NCBI GenBank assembly: GCA_030698495.1 | Contig: JAUYKA010000005.1 | Coordinates: forward strand, 8,404 to 72,403 | Source of the DNA: a bacterium | GTDB lineage: Bacteria; Patescibacteriota; Andersenbacteria; UBA10190 | DNA length: 64,000 nt | Direction: 5' to 3' | Part shown: piece by piece, positions 1 to 9,232 of the stretch | Numbering within the stretch: position 1 is the first letter of the stretch | How the letters are laid out: every line of letters starts with the position of its first letter | Program-made: the position numbers and the translations under genes | Notes under the pieces: generated by a model | Database searches by the model: none | What the model was told of the DNA's origin: nothing | What the model saw: the letters and a program-made list of their open reading frames with translations, nothing else

Positions 1-686
1 GCCGCCACCGCATCTTTTATATAAACAAAATCCCGTTCCTGCTCGCCATCGCCAAACCCATCGTTATATGATTTAAATAACTCAATAACCCCTTTGTCGC
101 GCACCTGCTCAAACTTTTTTGCTATCACACTACGCATCGACCCCTTGTGCTGCTCGTTCGAACCAAACACATTGAAATACCGCAATCCCACCACCTTATC
201 TAAATATCCGCCGTCCCTCGCCCAAATATCCACCGCTAACTTGGATTTGCCGTACAAATTTAGCGGCTTCAACCGATCAAATAAATCATGGTCGTCTTTA
301 AATCCCAGCTTGCCGTCGCCATAGGTCGCCGCACTGGAAGCATAAACACATCGCCCATCCCGATCAAAACACCAGCGTATTATATCCTTTGAATACTCAA
401 CGTTATTATCAACCAAATAATCCCAGTCATTTTCTGTCGTACTGCTGCACGCCCCCATATGCAACACCGCTTCAACGCCGCTATCGTTGTATTCCCCGGC
501 TACCAGCTTTTCCCGAAACTCTTTTATACCTGCCAACTGCTCATACTGCAAACCGGCAATATTTATTTCCTTGTCATCACTGTCAATGTCATCAACAACC
601 AAAACATCGCTAACCCCGCGTTCGTTCAGCCCCCACAACAAAGCACTGCCGATAAAACCCGCGCCGCCAGTGATAATATACTTCAT
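1..686 (-). CDS. hldD: ADP-L-glycero-D-manno-heptose 6-epimerase (5' part; runs off window edge)
   Basis: Manual translation from ATG at 686: MKYIITGGAGFIGS...HMGACSSTTE...YASSAATYGDG...PLNLYGKSK...GLRYFNVFG; heptose gene context. Not in the ORF track because it is truncated. Confidence 0.9.
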   Translation of the reverse strand, partial: MKYIITGGAGFIGSALLWGLNERGVSDVLVVDDIDSDDKEINIAGLQYEQLAGIKEFREKLVAGEYNDSGVEAVLHMGACSSTTENDWDYLVDNNVEYSKDIIRWCFDRDGRCVYASSAATYGDGKLGFKDDHDLFDRLKPLNLYGKSKLAVDIWARDGGYLDKVVGLRYFNVFGSNEQHKGSMRSVIAKKFEQVRDKGVIELFKSYNDGFGDGEQERDFVYIKDAVA

Positions 687-690
687 ATAT

Positions 691-1206
691 TTAGCTCTCT
701 TCCTTTATTTTTTTCACAATGTCGCTCGTGGCCAATCCCGGGCGGCGCTTAACCGTATAACCTTGCGCCCCAACTTCTTCCATTACCGGCCACTCTATCC
801 ATGTTTCCGGTTCACCGTATTCCGAACCGTTTACATGCACCTGCGGCTTTATCAAGCGTATTAAGGTTTGCGCCACCTCATCGTAAAGCCGATCAACAAT
901 CACCACGTAATCCACACTCTCTAGCGCCGCCAGCATTGCCGCTCGCTCATCTTCAGGAATATACGGCCGGCTCTCTCCCTTGCCTTCCCGCACCGACTTA
1001 TCCGAATTCAAACCGATAAACAAAACATCACCCTGCCGCTTGGCCTCCTCCAGAAAATCCAAATGCCCCGCGTGCAGCAAATCAAAAGAGCCGTTAACAG
1101 TCACAATTTTCTTCCCCGAAACCCGCAACTCCTCCGCTCGTCTCCCTCCCTCCTCCAAGGAAAGGATTTTGTCGTATCGCCAATTATGTTTAGTTTTATC
1201 ATCCAT
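691..1206 (-). CDS. D-glycero-beta-D-manno-heptose 1-phosphate adenylyltransferase (RfaE domain II/HldC-like)
   Basis: NGSFDLLHAGH, GLNSDKSV and KGESRP motifs of the cytidylyltransferase-like family; heptose context. Confidence 0.88.
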   Translation of the reverse strand: MDDKTKHNWRYDKILSLEEGGRRAEELRVSGKKIVTVNGSFDLLHAGHLDFLEEAKRQGDVLFIGLNSDKSVREGKGESRPYIPEDERAAMLAALESVDYVVIVDRLYDEVAQTLIRLIKPQVHVNGSEYGEPETWIEWPVMEEVGAQGYTVKRRPGLATSDIVKKIKEES

Positions 1207-1265
1207 AAATTATTATTACATTCTCATAATGACACCAGTCTTACCTATCTTGCAATGATACACAC

Positions 1266-1430
1266 AGTGTCCAGCACTCACACCGCGTGTCTTTTGTGAC
1301 CGTCTAAAAGCCTGTCAGCTCGGTTCCCCGCCTTTGGGCGGGGATGACAGGCTTTTAGTCGATAGCGACCGCCGCTGGAGCGGTCGCTATGTGTCACAAA
1401 AAACACGCGGCGTGAAAAGTGCCGGACACT
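1266..1430. repeat. Structured three-way-junction intergenic element, copy A
   Basis: Nested inverted repeats; core GACCGTCT..GCTCGGTTCCCCGCC..GGCGGGG..CCGCCGCTGGAGCGG..GTGTC is shared with copies at 3654, 38202 and 44207. Confidence 0.85.
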
Positions 1431-1451
1431 AGTGAACCCGCGAAAGATAAT

Positions 1452-1997
1452 TTACCTAATAGACAAGACCATCTTCACCGCTTCAAACAAAGAATCAACT
1501 ATTAAATCCGGCCTATCACTCAATTTATCCTCCTCCCAAAACCTGCTCGTAATTAAAGCTGTGTGCATTCCCAGCGCCTTGCCAAAACCTAAATCCGCCT
1601 CCTTATCTCCTATCATCCAACTATTCCCATAATCAATCGGCCCCAGCGCCGCTTCAACCTGCTTGGCCATGCCCGTTCGCGGTTTACGACAATCACATAT
1701 ATCTTCCCGCCCGTGCGGACAATAGGCGATATAATCCAGTTTTGCCCCTGATTTTGCCAGCTCTTCTTCCATATACTCGTGCAATTTCTTCATATCTTCT
1801 GCCGTGTACAACCCGGCCGCTATGCCCGACTGATTAGTAATCACCGCCAACTTAAAACCGGCGTCCCGCAGTGCTATCAACGCCTCCGGCGCCCGCTCGG
1901 TGAACCGCCAATCTTCTATTTTATAAGTGAATCCGTCATCAATATTTATCGTCCCATCCCGGTCCAGAAAAAATACCTTATGTCCCTTACCGCTCAT
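1452..1997 (-). CDS. gmhB: D-glycero-D-manno-heptose 1,7-bisphosphate phosphatase (HAD)
   Basis: FLDRDGTIN, ITNQSGIA, CPH..C.CRKP, MIGD motifs. Confidence 0.92.
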   Translation of the reverse strand: MSGKGHKVFFLDRDGTINIDDGFTYKIEDWRFTERAPEALIALRDAGFKLAVITNQSGIAAGLYTAEDMKKLHEYMEEELAKSGAKLDYIAYCPHGREDICDCRKPRTGMAKQVEAALGPIDYGNSWMIGDKEADLGFGKALGMHTALITSRFWEEDKLSDRPDLIVDSLFEAVKMVLSIR

Positions 1998-2985
1998 TAT
2001 AATGCGTCAGCAAATCAATAACTTCTGCCCCCGTTGTGCCGGCGCTGCCGATCTTATGCGCTACCACCGCGGCCGCCGCGTTAGCCAAATCGGCCGCTTC
2101 CGCATCTTCTGCCCCGCCCAGCTTAGCCAGCAGTACTACCGCTGCCACCGTATCACCGCACCCCGAAGGATCCAAAACGTCGTTGGATTTTACATAATCT
2201 TGAGGTATGTGTTCACCTTCTCCGCCACCGTCAAAAACGTAAATCCCTTGGTCGCTCAAAGTCAAAAATATTGTGGCGCCAAACGTCTCGTGTAACAGCG
2301 CCGCCAGTTCTTCCTTATCCTTGCCTCCACCGTCAAACTGATTCAACCCCAAAAACTCATGCGCTTCCTTTCGGTTGGGAGATAAATATGTCGCGTTGGT
2401 AAAGTAATTAATCCGCGACGGCTTTACGTCGGCCATCAGAGGCAAATTATTTTCCTTACACACAACCTGCACCGCCTCCGCCACTTTTTCTGTCACCACC
2501 CCTTTGGCATAATCGGACACCAATACTCCATCTGCCTCTTTTGCTGCTTCTCTTATGGCCGCTATTAGTTTTTCCTCAACTTCACCGGAAACATCGCTTG
2601 CTTCTTCATAATCCACCCGCAATATTTGCTGCGTCTTCACAATAAACCTGGTCTTATCGATTGTTGAACGTTCTTTATCCCGCACCGGTTTCAAATCGTA
2701 TCCTTCCTTACCCGCCGTTTCCGCTACCTCGTCAGCCACATCATCTTCACCGGATACACCAATCAAAATTGTTTGGGCGCCCAACATCGCCAAATTTTTC
2801 GCCGTATTCCCCGCCCCGCCTGTCGCTTTCTTTTCTTCCTGCGCCAGTAAAATCGGCACCGGCGCTTCCGGATTTAACCGTTCCACTTTGCCATAAATAT
2901 ACCTATCCAAAAAAACATCCCCAACCACCAGTACGCACTTACCGGCAAACTGATTAATCAATTCTTTTGCTCTACTTAATTCCAT
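1987..2985 (-). CDS. D-glycero-beta-D-manno-heptose-7-phosphate kinase (RfaE domain I/HldA-like, PfkB family)
   Basis: LVVGDVFLDRY..G.VERLNPEAPVP, SDYAKGV, D.SGCGDT. Confidence 0.9.
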   Translation of the reverse strand: MELSRAKELINQFAGKCVLVVGDVFLDRYIYGKVERLNPEAPVPILLAQEEKKATGGAGNTAKNLAMLGAQTILIGVSGEDDVADEVAETAGKEGYDLKPVRDKERSTIDKTRFIVKTQQILRVDYEEASDVSGEVEEKLIAAIREAAKEADGVLVSDYAKGVVTEKVAEAVQVVCKENNLPLMADVKPSRINYFTNATYLSPNRKEAHEFLGLNQFDGGGKDKEELAALLHETFGATIFLTLSDQGIYVFDGGGEGEHIPQDYVKSNDVLDPSGCGDTVAAVVLLAKLGGAEDAEAADLANAAAAVVAHKIGSAGTTGAEVIDLLTHYNER

Positions 2986-3022
2986 TATAATAAGTTATGA
3001 GTTACGAGTTCCAAGTTATACA

Positions 3023-3589
3023 TTATGCTTCCGGCGGTTCAAACATCTCACACATCAGGTGTATTGCGTGCAAATGCATCTCTTGTATTCTGGCACCCGT
3101 CTCACTTGGCGACACAATCGCGTAATCCGCCATATCCTTAAATTCACCTTTTCTGCCTGTCATCGCCACCACCGTCATTCCCCGTTTTCTCGCTTCCTCC
3201 GCCGCCAGTAAAATATTTTTCGAAGTACCCGACGTTGTCAGGCCGATAAACACATCGCCCTCCCCGCCTAAAGCCTGTACCTGGCGTTTAAAAACATCCT
3301 CGTACCCCCAATCGTTACCAATACAAGTTATCACCGCTCCATCAGCCGTCAGTGCAATTACCGGATAAGCCGGCCTCTCCTGCTTATATTTCCCCACCAT
3401 CTCGTCCGATAAATGCTGTGCCTCCGCCGCCGAACCGCCATTACCGGCCACCAACACTTTATTCCCCCGCTCAAAAACCTCCCGCAAATGTTCTCCCACT
3501 TCCTCCACCTGCCGGTGAAATTCCTCCACGTCTGCCGTCACCTCGTGCAGCTCTTGCGAATGTTTTTTAAATATCTCTACTGTTTTCAT
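3023..3589 (-). CDS. gmhA: Phosphoheptose isomerase (SIS)
   Basis: GNGGSAAEAQH, GND.GYE.VF.RQ, TSG.S.N, RIQE.H; start moved to MKTVE. Confidence 0.93.
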   Translation of the reverse strand: MKTVEIFKKHSQELHEVTADVEEFHRQVEEVGEHLREVFERGNKVLVAGNGGSAAEAQHLSDEMVGKYKQERPAYPVIALTADGAVITCIGNDWGYEDVFKRQVQALGGEGDVFIGLTTSGTSKNILLAAEEARKRGMTVVAMTGRKGEFKDMADYAIVSPSETGARIQEMHLHAIHLMCEMFEPPEA

Positions 3590-3653
3590 ACTGTTATTAT
3601 TTAATGCTTTATAACTATGACACAAAACATACAAATACCTTACAACCTTCCCG

Positions 3654-3849
3654 GGCGGGTGGCGCCTGCAGGCGCTTAGTCACGGCTGCTTTTGTTTTTT
3701 GCGACCGTCTCAAGAACTGCCAGCCCGGTCCCCGCCTTGAGTTTATCGAAAGGCGGGGTGGCAGATCTTGAGCCGAGCGCAGTCCGCCGCCGGGGCGGAC
3801 AAGTACGTCGCAAAAAGCAAAAGCAGCTGTGACTAAAAATGCACCCGCC
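3654..3849. repeat. Structured three-way-junction intergenic element, copy B
   Basis: ~30-bp outer stem TTAGTCACGG../..CTGTGACTAA enclosing the shared core. Confidence 0.85.
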
Positions 3850-3875
3850 AAAGACCGCTCTCCAACACTAATCAC

Positions 3876-4697
3876 TTACCTCGTTTTAATGTACTCGTCA
3901 AGAGCCGTCTCCCACGGCCGCAACACCGGCCCCCTCGTATTATTCAATATACTATATTTCGGCCTCGCCGCGGGCAAAGGATATTCACTGCTGGCAATCG
4001 GCCTAACTATTACCTTCATCCCCGCCAACTCAAAAATCTTGACCGCAAAATCATACCAACTGGCACGGCCGCTGTTCACGGCATGATAAACCCCCGGCTC
4101 ATAACCGCCCGACACAACTTCCTTTGTCGCCCCGGCCAAATCCATCGTATACGTCGGACTGCCCCACTGATCATTAACCACCCCCAACTCTTTCTTCTCG
4201 CCGACCAAACGCAGCATCGTCTCCACAAAATTCTTACCATACGCACCGTAAAGCCACGCTGTGCGTAATAAATAATACTTTGGCGCTATTTCCCGCAAAG
4301 CCTTCTCTCCGGCCAACTTTGATTCTCCATACACATTCACTGCCGGACCAGGCTCGTCATCTTCGCCGTACCCCGCTTCCTGCTTACCATTAAAAACATA
4401 GTCCGTACTATAATGTACTAATATCGCGCCGCTTTCTTTGGCCGCCAATGCCAGATTTCTCACGCCCGTCTCGTTTATAGCAAAAGCCAAGTCGCGCTCT
4501 TTCTCCGCCCCGTCGACGTTCGTATAAGCTGCCGCGTTAATAATCAACTCCGGTGACAGCTCACTAATTTCCCGATTAACATCAGACTGTTTCGTAATGT
4601 CCAGTTTATCCTTATCCCCCACAACAGCTTCTGCCCAAACAGAGCGCAGCGCGTGCCCCAGCATACCGTTGCCGCCCACAATCAGCACCTTGGCCAT
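3876..4697 (-). CDS. rfbD: dTDP-4-dehydrorhamnose reductase
   Basis: G.NGMLG, NAAAYTNVDGAE, STDYVF.G, YGESKLAGE, DQ.GSPT, RP.YS.L. Confidence 0.95.
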   Translation of the reverse strand: MAKVLIVGGNGMLGHALRSVWAEAVVGDKDKLDITKQSDVNREISELSPELIINAAAYTNVDGAEKERDLAFAINETGVRNLALAAKESGAILVHYSTDYVFNGKQEAGYGEDDEPGPAVNVYGESKLAGEKALREIAPKYYLLRTAWLYGAYGKNFVETMLRLVGEKKELGVVNDQWGSPTYTMDLAGATKEVVSGGYEPGVYHAVNSGRASWYDFAVKIFELAGMKVIVRPIASSEYPLPAARPKYSILNNTRGPVLRPWETALDEYIKTR

Positions 4698-4701
4698 ACT
4701 A

Positions 4702-5649
4702 TTATTTACTTGCCAGATAATTCTTAAGCCATATTACAAATTTTTTCGCGCCTTCATCCACCGAGATTTTAGGCTCATACCCCAGTAAATCTTTAGCTTT
4801 ATCGATATTGGCGAACGTAATCTTCATTTCGCCCGGAGGAGTCGGGCGATCTTTCACTTGCGCCTTCTTTTCTGCTGCTCTCTCTAACAATGATACCAGC
4901 TCTCTAATCACCACCGGCTCCCCCCGTCCGATATTTAACACCTCAAAATCCAGCTCTGTATCTAGAGCCGCCAGTACCGCCGGAACCACATCATCAATAT
5001 ATGTTAAATCTCTCTGCCGCTCATCCACGTTTACCTCCAATACTTCACCTTTTAATATGCGCTCCGCAAATATCATCGGCGCCATATCCGGCCGCCCCCA
5101 GGGACCGTAAACACTGAAGAAACGCAGCACGGTTATTTTAGTGCCATACAACTCATGCCACATCTGACAATAAACTTCCGCCGCCGCTTTCGAAGCTCCG
5201 TAAGGAGACTTCGGCTTTAAAGGATAACTGTCTTCCTTAAACGGAACCTGCTCGTCGTTATAAACAGACGAACTTCCCGCCAATACCACCCTGTTCACGC
5301 CATGACGGCGCGTCGCCTCCAAAACCGACAACGTCCCGTCAACATTAACACGTGTGTACTCAAAAGAATTATCCAGGCTGGTTTTAGGATTGGCGTGCGC
5401 CGCCAAATGCAGCACCACATCAACACCATTTTTCATCGCCTCGTCTAAAACCGCCGCGTCTAAAATACTTCCCTCAATCAGCCTGGCTCCCTTCCCAACC
5501 AACTCTGCCAATCGCCGGCGCTTTAAATCCGCTCCGTACACTAAGTCGCTAAAATTATCCACTATCACAACATCATCTCCACGCTCCGCCAGCGCCTTTG
5601 CCACATACGCGCCGATAAAACCGGCGCCGCCGGTAATAAGTACTTTCAT
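4702..5649 (-). CDS. NAD-dependent nucleotide-sugar epimerase/dehydratase (UDP-glucuronate 4-epimerase-like)
   Basis: TGGAGFIG, SSSVY, YGASK, LRFFSVYGPWGRPDMA. Confidence 0.85.
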   Translation of the reverse strand: MKVLITGGAGFIGAYVAKALAERGDDVVIVDNFSDLVYGADLKRRRLAELVGKGARLIEGSILDAAVLDEAMKNGVDVVLHLAAHANPKTSLDNSFEYTRVNVDGTLSVLEATRRHGVNRVVLAGSSSVYNDEQVPFKEDSYPLKPKSPYGASKAAAEVYCQMWHELYGTKITVLRFFSVYGPWGRPDMAPMIFAERILKGEVLEVNVDERQRDLTYIDDVVPAVLAALDTELDFEVLNIGRGEPVVIRELVSLLERAAEKKAQVKDRPTPPGEMKITFANIDKAKDLLGYEPKISVDEGAKKFVIWLKNYLASK

Positions 5650-6197
5650 ACAAAATTATATTCGCCCTTATCAAAATCCGGAAAATTCGCGTCCCTTTCG
5701 GATACTACCGGATTTTCTACCGGCCACTCGATATTCAGCTTTGCGTCGTTCCATCTTACGCCACGCTCGTGATCCGGCGAATAATAATCGGTGCAGTAAT
5801 AAATCACTTCGGCTTTATCTGCCAGCACTACAAATCCGTGCGCGAATCCCGGCGGAATGTATAGCAACTCTTTTGTCCGCGCCTCAAGTTTTTTTCCCAC
5901 CCACCTACCAAAACTATCCGATGATTTCCTTAAGTCAACCGCCACGTCAAAAATTTCTCCGGTTATAGCCGTAATTAATTTGCCTTGCGTCTTTGGTTCA
6001 AGCTGATAGTGCAAACCGCGCAAAACACCATGTTTACTTGCCGAGTGGTTAACCTGAACAAAGCCCATTTCAATGCCGTTGTCGCTAAATTCCTTCTTTC
6101 GATACATTTCTGCAAACAAACCACGCTCATCCGGATATAATTTCGGCCTGACGCTCACTACGCCACTAATTTCCAGCTGTTTAAACTCAAAAGACAT
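5646..6197 (-). CDS. rfbC: dTDP-4-dehydrorhamnose 3,5-epimerase
   Basis: DERG.F, GVLRGLHYQ, DVAVDLRK.S, PGFAHGF. Confidence 0.95.
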   Translation of the reverse strand: MSFEFKQLEISGVVSVRPKLYPDERGLFAEMYRKKEFSDNGIEMGFVQVNHSASKHGVLRGLHYQLEPKTQGKLITAITGEIFDVAVDLRKSSDSFGRWVGKKLEARTKELLYIPPGFAHGFVVLADKAEVIYYCTDYYSPDHERGVRWNDAKLNIEWPVENPVVSERDANFPDFDKGEYNFV

Positions 6198-6264
6198 AAT
6201 TTTAGTATCAGTTTATCCTATATACTACGCTTTCTCACCCCCATTTTCTAGTTTTAATATCCTT

Positions 6265-6600
6265 CTAAAATTTCGTTTGTTGCTCCACTAAAAAATCATC
6301 CAGCCACATCCTCGCCTCTTCGCCTTTTAATATCTCCTCCGCATTACTGCCTACCGCCGCGCCGGTCTTAGCCGGCAAAAGCGTATACGCGCCTTCCGAT
6401 AATAACAATACCCGCTTTTGCCGGCGACCAGTCAAAACATCGCCGCGTACCGCCGCCGCGATAATCGCGCCGACCAGCCATAAAACAAAACTCAACACCG
6501 GCACCGTATGCAAAATAACACTAATAAACAAACCGACCAAGGCGCCGCCCAAGACCCATAAAATAGTTACGATATTCTGTGTCGGCTTATCAGTAATCAT
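6265..6600 (-). CDS. Hypothetical membrane protein (2 TM)
   Basis: ORF with two hydrophobic segments; start uncertain (6600 or 6612). Confidence 0.6.
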   Translation of the reverse strand: MITDKPTQNIVTILWVLGGALVGLFISVILHTVPVLSFVLWLVGAIIAAAVRGDVLTGRRQKRVLLLSEGAYTLLPAKTGAAVGSNAEEILKGEEARMWLDDFLVEQQTKF

Positions 6601-6649
6601 AAATAGCTCCAAATCCTACCAAACCTTCGCCAAATAATCAACCGCCATA

Positions 6650-6815
6650 CCAGCGAGTACAGTAAATACAGCAAGTACAGTTTTTCTAACCCCCTCTATT
6701 CTAATCCTTAGGTTTAGAAAGACCTCTACAGCCTGTCTAACACTCTTTCTAAACCTAAGGTTTAGAATAATTAGAATACTTTTCTGTATTTACTGTCCTC
6801 GCTGTATTTACTAAA
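6650..6815. repeat. Nested palindrome: inverted 9-mer tandem repeats around a 17-bp perfect inverted repeat
   Basis: CAGCGAGTA CAGTAAATA CAGCAAGTA ... CTGTATTTA CTGTCCTCG CTGTATTTA; inner CCTTAGGTTTAGAAAGA (6706-6722) / TCTTTCTAAACCTAAGG (6744-6760). Confidence 0.8.
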
Positions 6816-6822
6816 TTTATCC

Positions 6823-8640
6823 TCACGTTCTCTTTAATACCGCCAAATATGCCTGCGTTGGAATTTTCACTTTGCCTTGCTGCCCCATCCGTTTCTTTCC
6901 CTTCTTCTGTTTTTCCAGCAACTTTCTTTTGCGGGTCACATCCCCACCATACAAATATCCCGTCACATCCTTGCGCATTGCCGGTAATGTTTCCCGCGCA
7001 ATAATATTGCCGCCAATCGCCGCCTGAATCGGTATGGCAAACAACTGGCGCGGAATCACCTCTTTAAGCTTCTTCACCATGCGTCGTCCGATTGCTTCCG
7101 ACCTGGAACGAGCCACAATCACCGAGAGCGCCTCTACCGTCTCATGATTTACCATTACTGCCAGCTTTACCACGTCCGCGTCGCGCCATTCCGTCAATTC
7201 ATAGCTCATCGACCCATAACCCGCCGTGACCGACTTCAAATGATCGTATAAATCAACCACTAATTCCCGCAACGGCATTTCATACGTCAGCTGAACACGA
7301 TCGGCCTCCAAATAATGTTGGTTTTTTATTACCGCCTCCCGATCTTGCATAATCTCAAACACCGCCCCCATATACTTAACCGGCGTCAGCACGTCCACTG
7401 CGGCGTATCTCTCTTTTATTGATTCAATATTAGACGGATCAGGCCAACTAGCCGGAGTGTTGGCTTCTATTTCCTTCCCCCCACGCCCCATTATCTTGTA
7501 AGCGACACTGGGTGTGGTAATCACCAAATCCAGTTTATGCTCCCGATGCAGCCTCTCTTGCACAATATCCATGTGCAACATACCTAAAAATCCGCAGTGA
7601 AAACCTTGGCCCAGCGCGTCGCTCCTTTCCTGAACCACCGAAATACTGGAATCGCTAAGCAGTAACTCTCCGATGGCGTCGCGCAAAATCGGAAAATCAT
7701 CGCCTCGTTCCGGAAAAATTCCGGCGAACACTTTCGGCTGGGGAATACTGAAACCGAGCAAAGCCGTCAATTTGCCACCATCCTTAACCAGCGCGATCGT
7801 ATCTCCAACCCTCGCTTGCCGCACATCTTTCAACCCGGTAGCAATGTAGCCTATTTCCCCGGCCGACAACTCGGACTTTACCTGCCAATCGGGATTAAAA
7901 ATGCCAACCTCCACCGCGCGATCCGACGCTCCCGTTCCCAAAAAAACAATTTCATCACGCGCCTTTACTTTCCCCTCCACCACGCGCACATAAGCCACCA
8001 CTCCTTTATAATCATCGTAAACGGAATCAAAAATCAAAGCGCGCAGGGGACTATTAACGACTTGTTCAGCTGCCGGCACCCGCGACAATATTGCGTCCAG
8101 AACCTTCTCCACGCCTTCGCCCGTTTTTGCCGAAATCAACAAAATATCTTCCTCCCTGCCGCCCAAAAGACTTATTATTTCTTTCTTCGTTTTTTTAACA
8201 TCCGCCGCCGGCAAATCAACTTTATTGATCACCGGAATTATAACCAGATTCTGCTCCAATGCCAGATACAAGTTGGCAATTGTTTGCGCCTGCACTCCTT
8301 GCGTAGCATCCACCAGCAATATCGCTCCCTCCACCGCCTGTAGGCTTCGGCTGACCTCGTACTGAAAATCAACGTGCCCGGGCGTGTCGATTAAATTCAA
8401 AACACTATCACGCCTGTCCCCCATAGCCGTCACATCATGGGACGCGGCGGGGGGCCAGCTCATCCGCACCGGCTGCAATTTAATGGTGATGCCGCGCTCC
8501 CGCTCCAGCTCCATCGAGTCTAATAATTGCTCCTTCATGTGGCGTTTATCGACCGTTCCCGTCAACTCCAGCATCCGATCCGCCAAAGTGCTTTTACCGT
8601 GATCAATATGAGCGATAATACAAAAATTATATATATTCAT
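6823..8640 (-). CDS. lepA: Elongation factor 4 (LepA)
   Basis: [56 protein letters not shown]. Confidence 0.98.
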   Translation of the reverse strand: MNIYNFCIIAHIDHGKSTLADRMLELTGTVDKRHMKEQLLDSMELERERGITIKLQPVRMSWPPAASHDVTAMGDRRDSVLNLIDTPGHVDFQYEVSRSLQAVEGAILLVDATQGVQAQTIANLYLALEQNLVIIPVINKVDLPAADVKKTKKEIISLLGGREEDILLISAKTGEGVEKVLDAILSRVPAAEQVVNSPLRALIFDSVYDDYKGVVAYVRVVEGKVKARDEIVFLGTGASDRAVEVGIFNPDWQVKSELSAGEIGYIATGLKDVRQARVGDTIALVKDGGKLTALLGFSIPQPKVFAGIFPERGDDFPILRDAIGELLLSDSSISVVQERSDALGQGFHCGFLGMLHMDIVQERLHREHKLDLVITTPSVAYKIMGRGGKEIEANTPASWPDPSNIESIKERYAAVDVLTPVKYMGAVFEIMQDREAVIKNQHYLEADRVQLTYEMPLRELVVDLYDHLKSVTAGYGSMSYELTEWRDADVVKLAVMVNHETVEALSVIVARSRSEAIGRRMVKKLKEVIPRQLFAIPIQAAIGGNIIARETLPAMRKDVTGYLYGGDVTRKRKLLEKQKKGKKRMGQQGKVKIPTQAYLAVLKRT

Positions 8641-8697
8641 AAGCCTTAGTATCGAGAATATAACACAAGACCGTATCAGCTGCCATAAATAAAATTA

Positions 8698-9066
8698 GGC
8701 CGCCGTTATCTGCCAAGTATCGCGATCCCCCCAGGAATCAATGCGACTCGACAAACAACGACGGCCAAAAGGGCCAAGATTCTCGCTTCGCCTTTTGACT
8801 TCACCGCGTGAAAACCGGACTGTCTCTTGGCATCCCTTTTACCTCCAACTTTAGGGTTTAGGGTGCACAGGCCAGGGGATCGCGGTACGGCTGTCGGGTG
8901 ACTTCCCCGACATTCAAACCGTTACCCGCGCGCCCGGGGGCCGCCGTCAGGAGGTCGTCGCGCAATAAGACCTTTTCTCGAGCTTCCCTCGCATACGCGC
9001 TCCTTCCTGCCAGGGCAACTAGATAGCCACCCGGCAAAGAGACAGAAAAAGAGAACAACTAACTAC
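8698..9066 (-). ncRNA. Candidate structured non-coding RNA upstream of lepA (family unassigned)
   Basis: GC-rich, no credible ORF; closing helix CTGTCTCTT/AAGAGACAG; several hairpins; long 3' hairpin (8698-8766) whose mismatches are G.U pairs only on the minus strand; promoter immediately upstream. Confidence 0.6.
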
Positions 9067-9070
9067 CCGT

Positions 9071-9099
9071 TTTATAGTACCTATTGACACACGAGTCAA
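9071..9099 (-). promoter_or_regulatory. Sigma70-type promoter overlapped by an inverted repeat
   Basis: TTGACT-17 bp-TATAAA on the minus strand; overlapping palindrome CTATTGAC-N6-GTCAATAG. Confidence 0.6.
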
Positions 9100-9109
9100 T
9101 AGTCACATA

Positions 9110-9230
9110 AAAAATTAACGAGAAACTCAAAATGAAAAACTCAAATTAACAAGATAAAACCAAAAACAGTTGCGGCAGTTTTGCCTTTTGCGTTGTTATT
9201 TTGAGTTTTTCGTTTTTAGTTTTTAGTTCT
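9110..9230. repeat. Inverted degenerate heptamer repeat element (AAAAACT type)
   Basis: AAACTCAAAATGAAAAACTCAAA.../...TTTTGAGTTTTTCGTTTTTAGTTTTTAG directly after the murJ stop. Confidence 0.75.
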
Positions 9231-9232
9231 CT

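Noticed and set aside
1266-1430. Four-copy elements as tRNAs or simple intrinsic terminators
   Set aside because: No TTCGA T-loop or anticodon arm, no U-tract after P1, and far more complex than a terminator
3615-3875. 86-aa ORF, and similar ORFs at 38137-38322 and 44058-44252
   Set aside because: They overlap the structured elements and have no protein-like features
8815-8832. AAGAGACAGTCC (minus strand) resembles the group I intron S element
   Set aside because: No matching GACTG P7 partner upstream and no host exons; the segment instead pairs with CTGTCTCTT at the 5' end
8858-9058. 66-aa ORF upstream of lepA
   Set aside because: TTG start, no recognisable motif, lies within the structured RNA candidate
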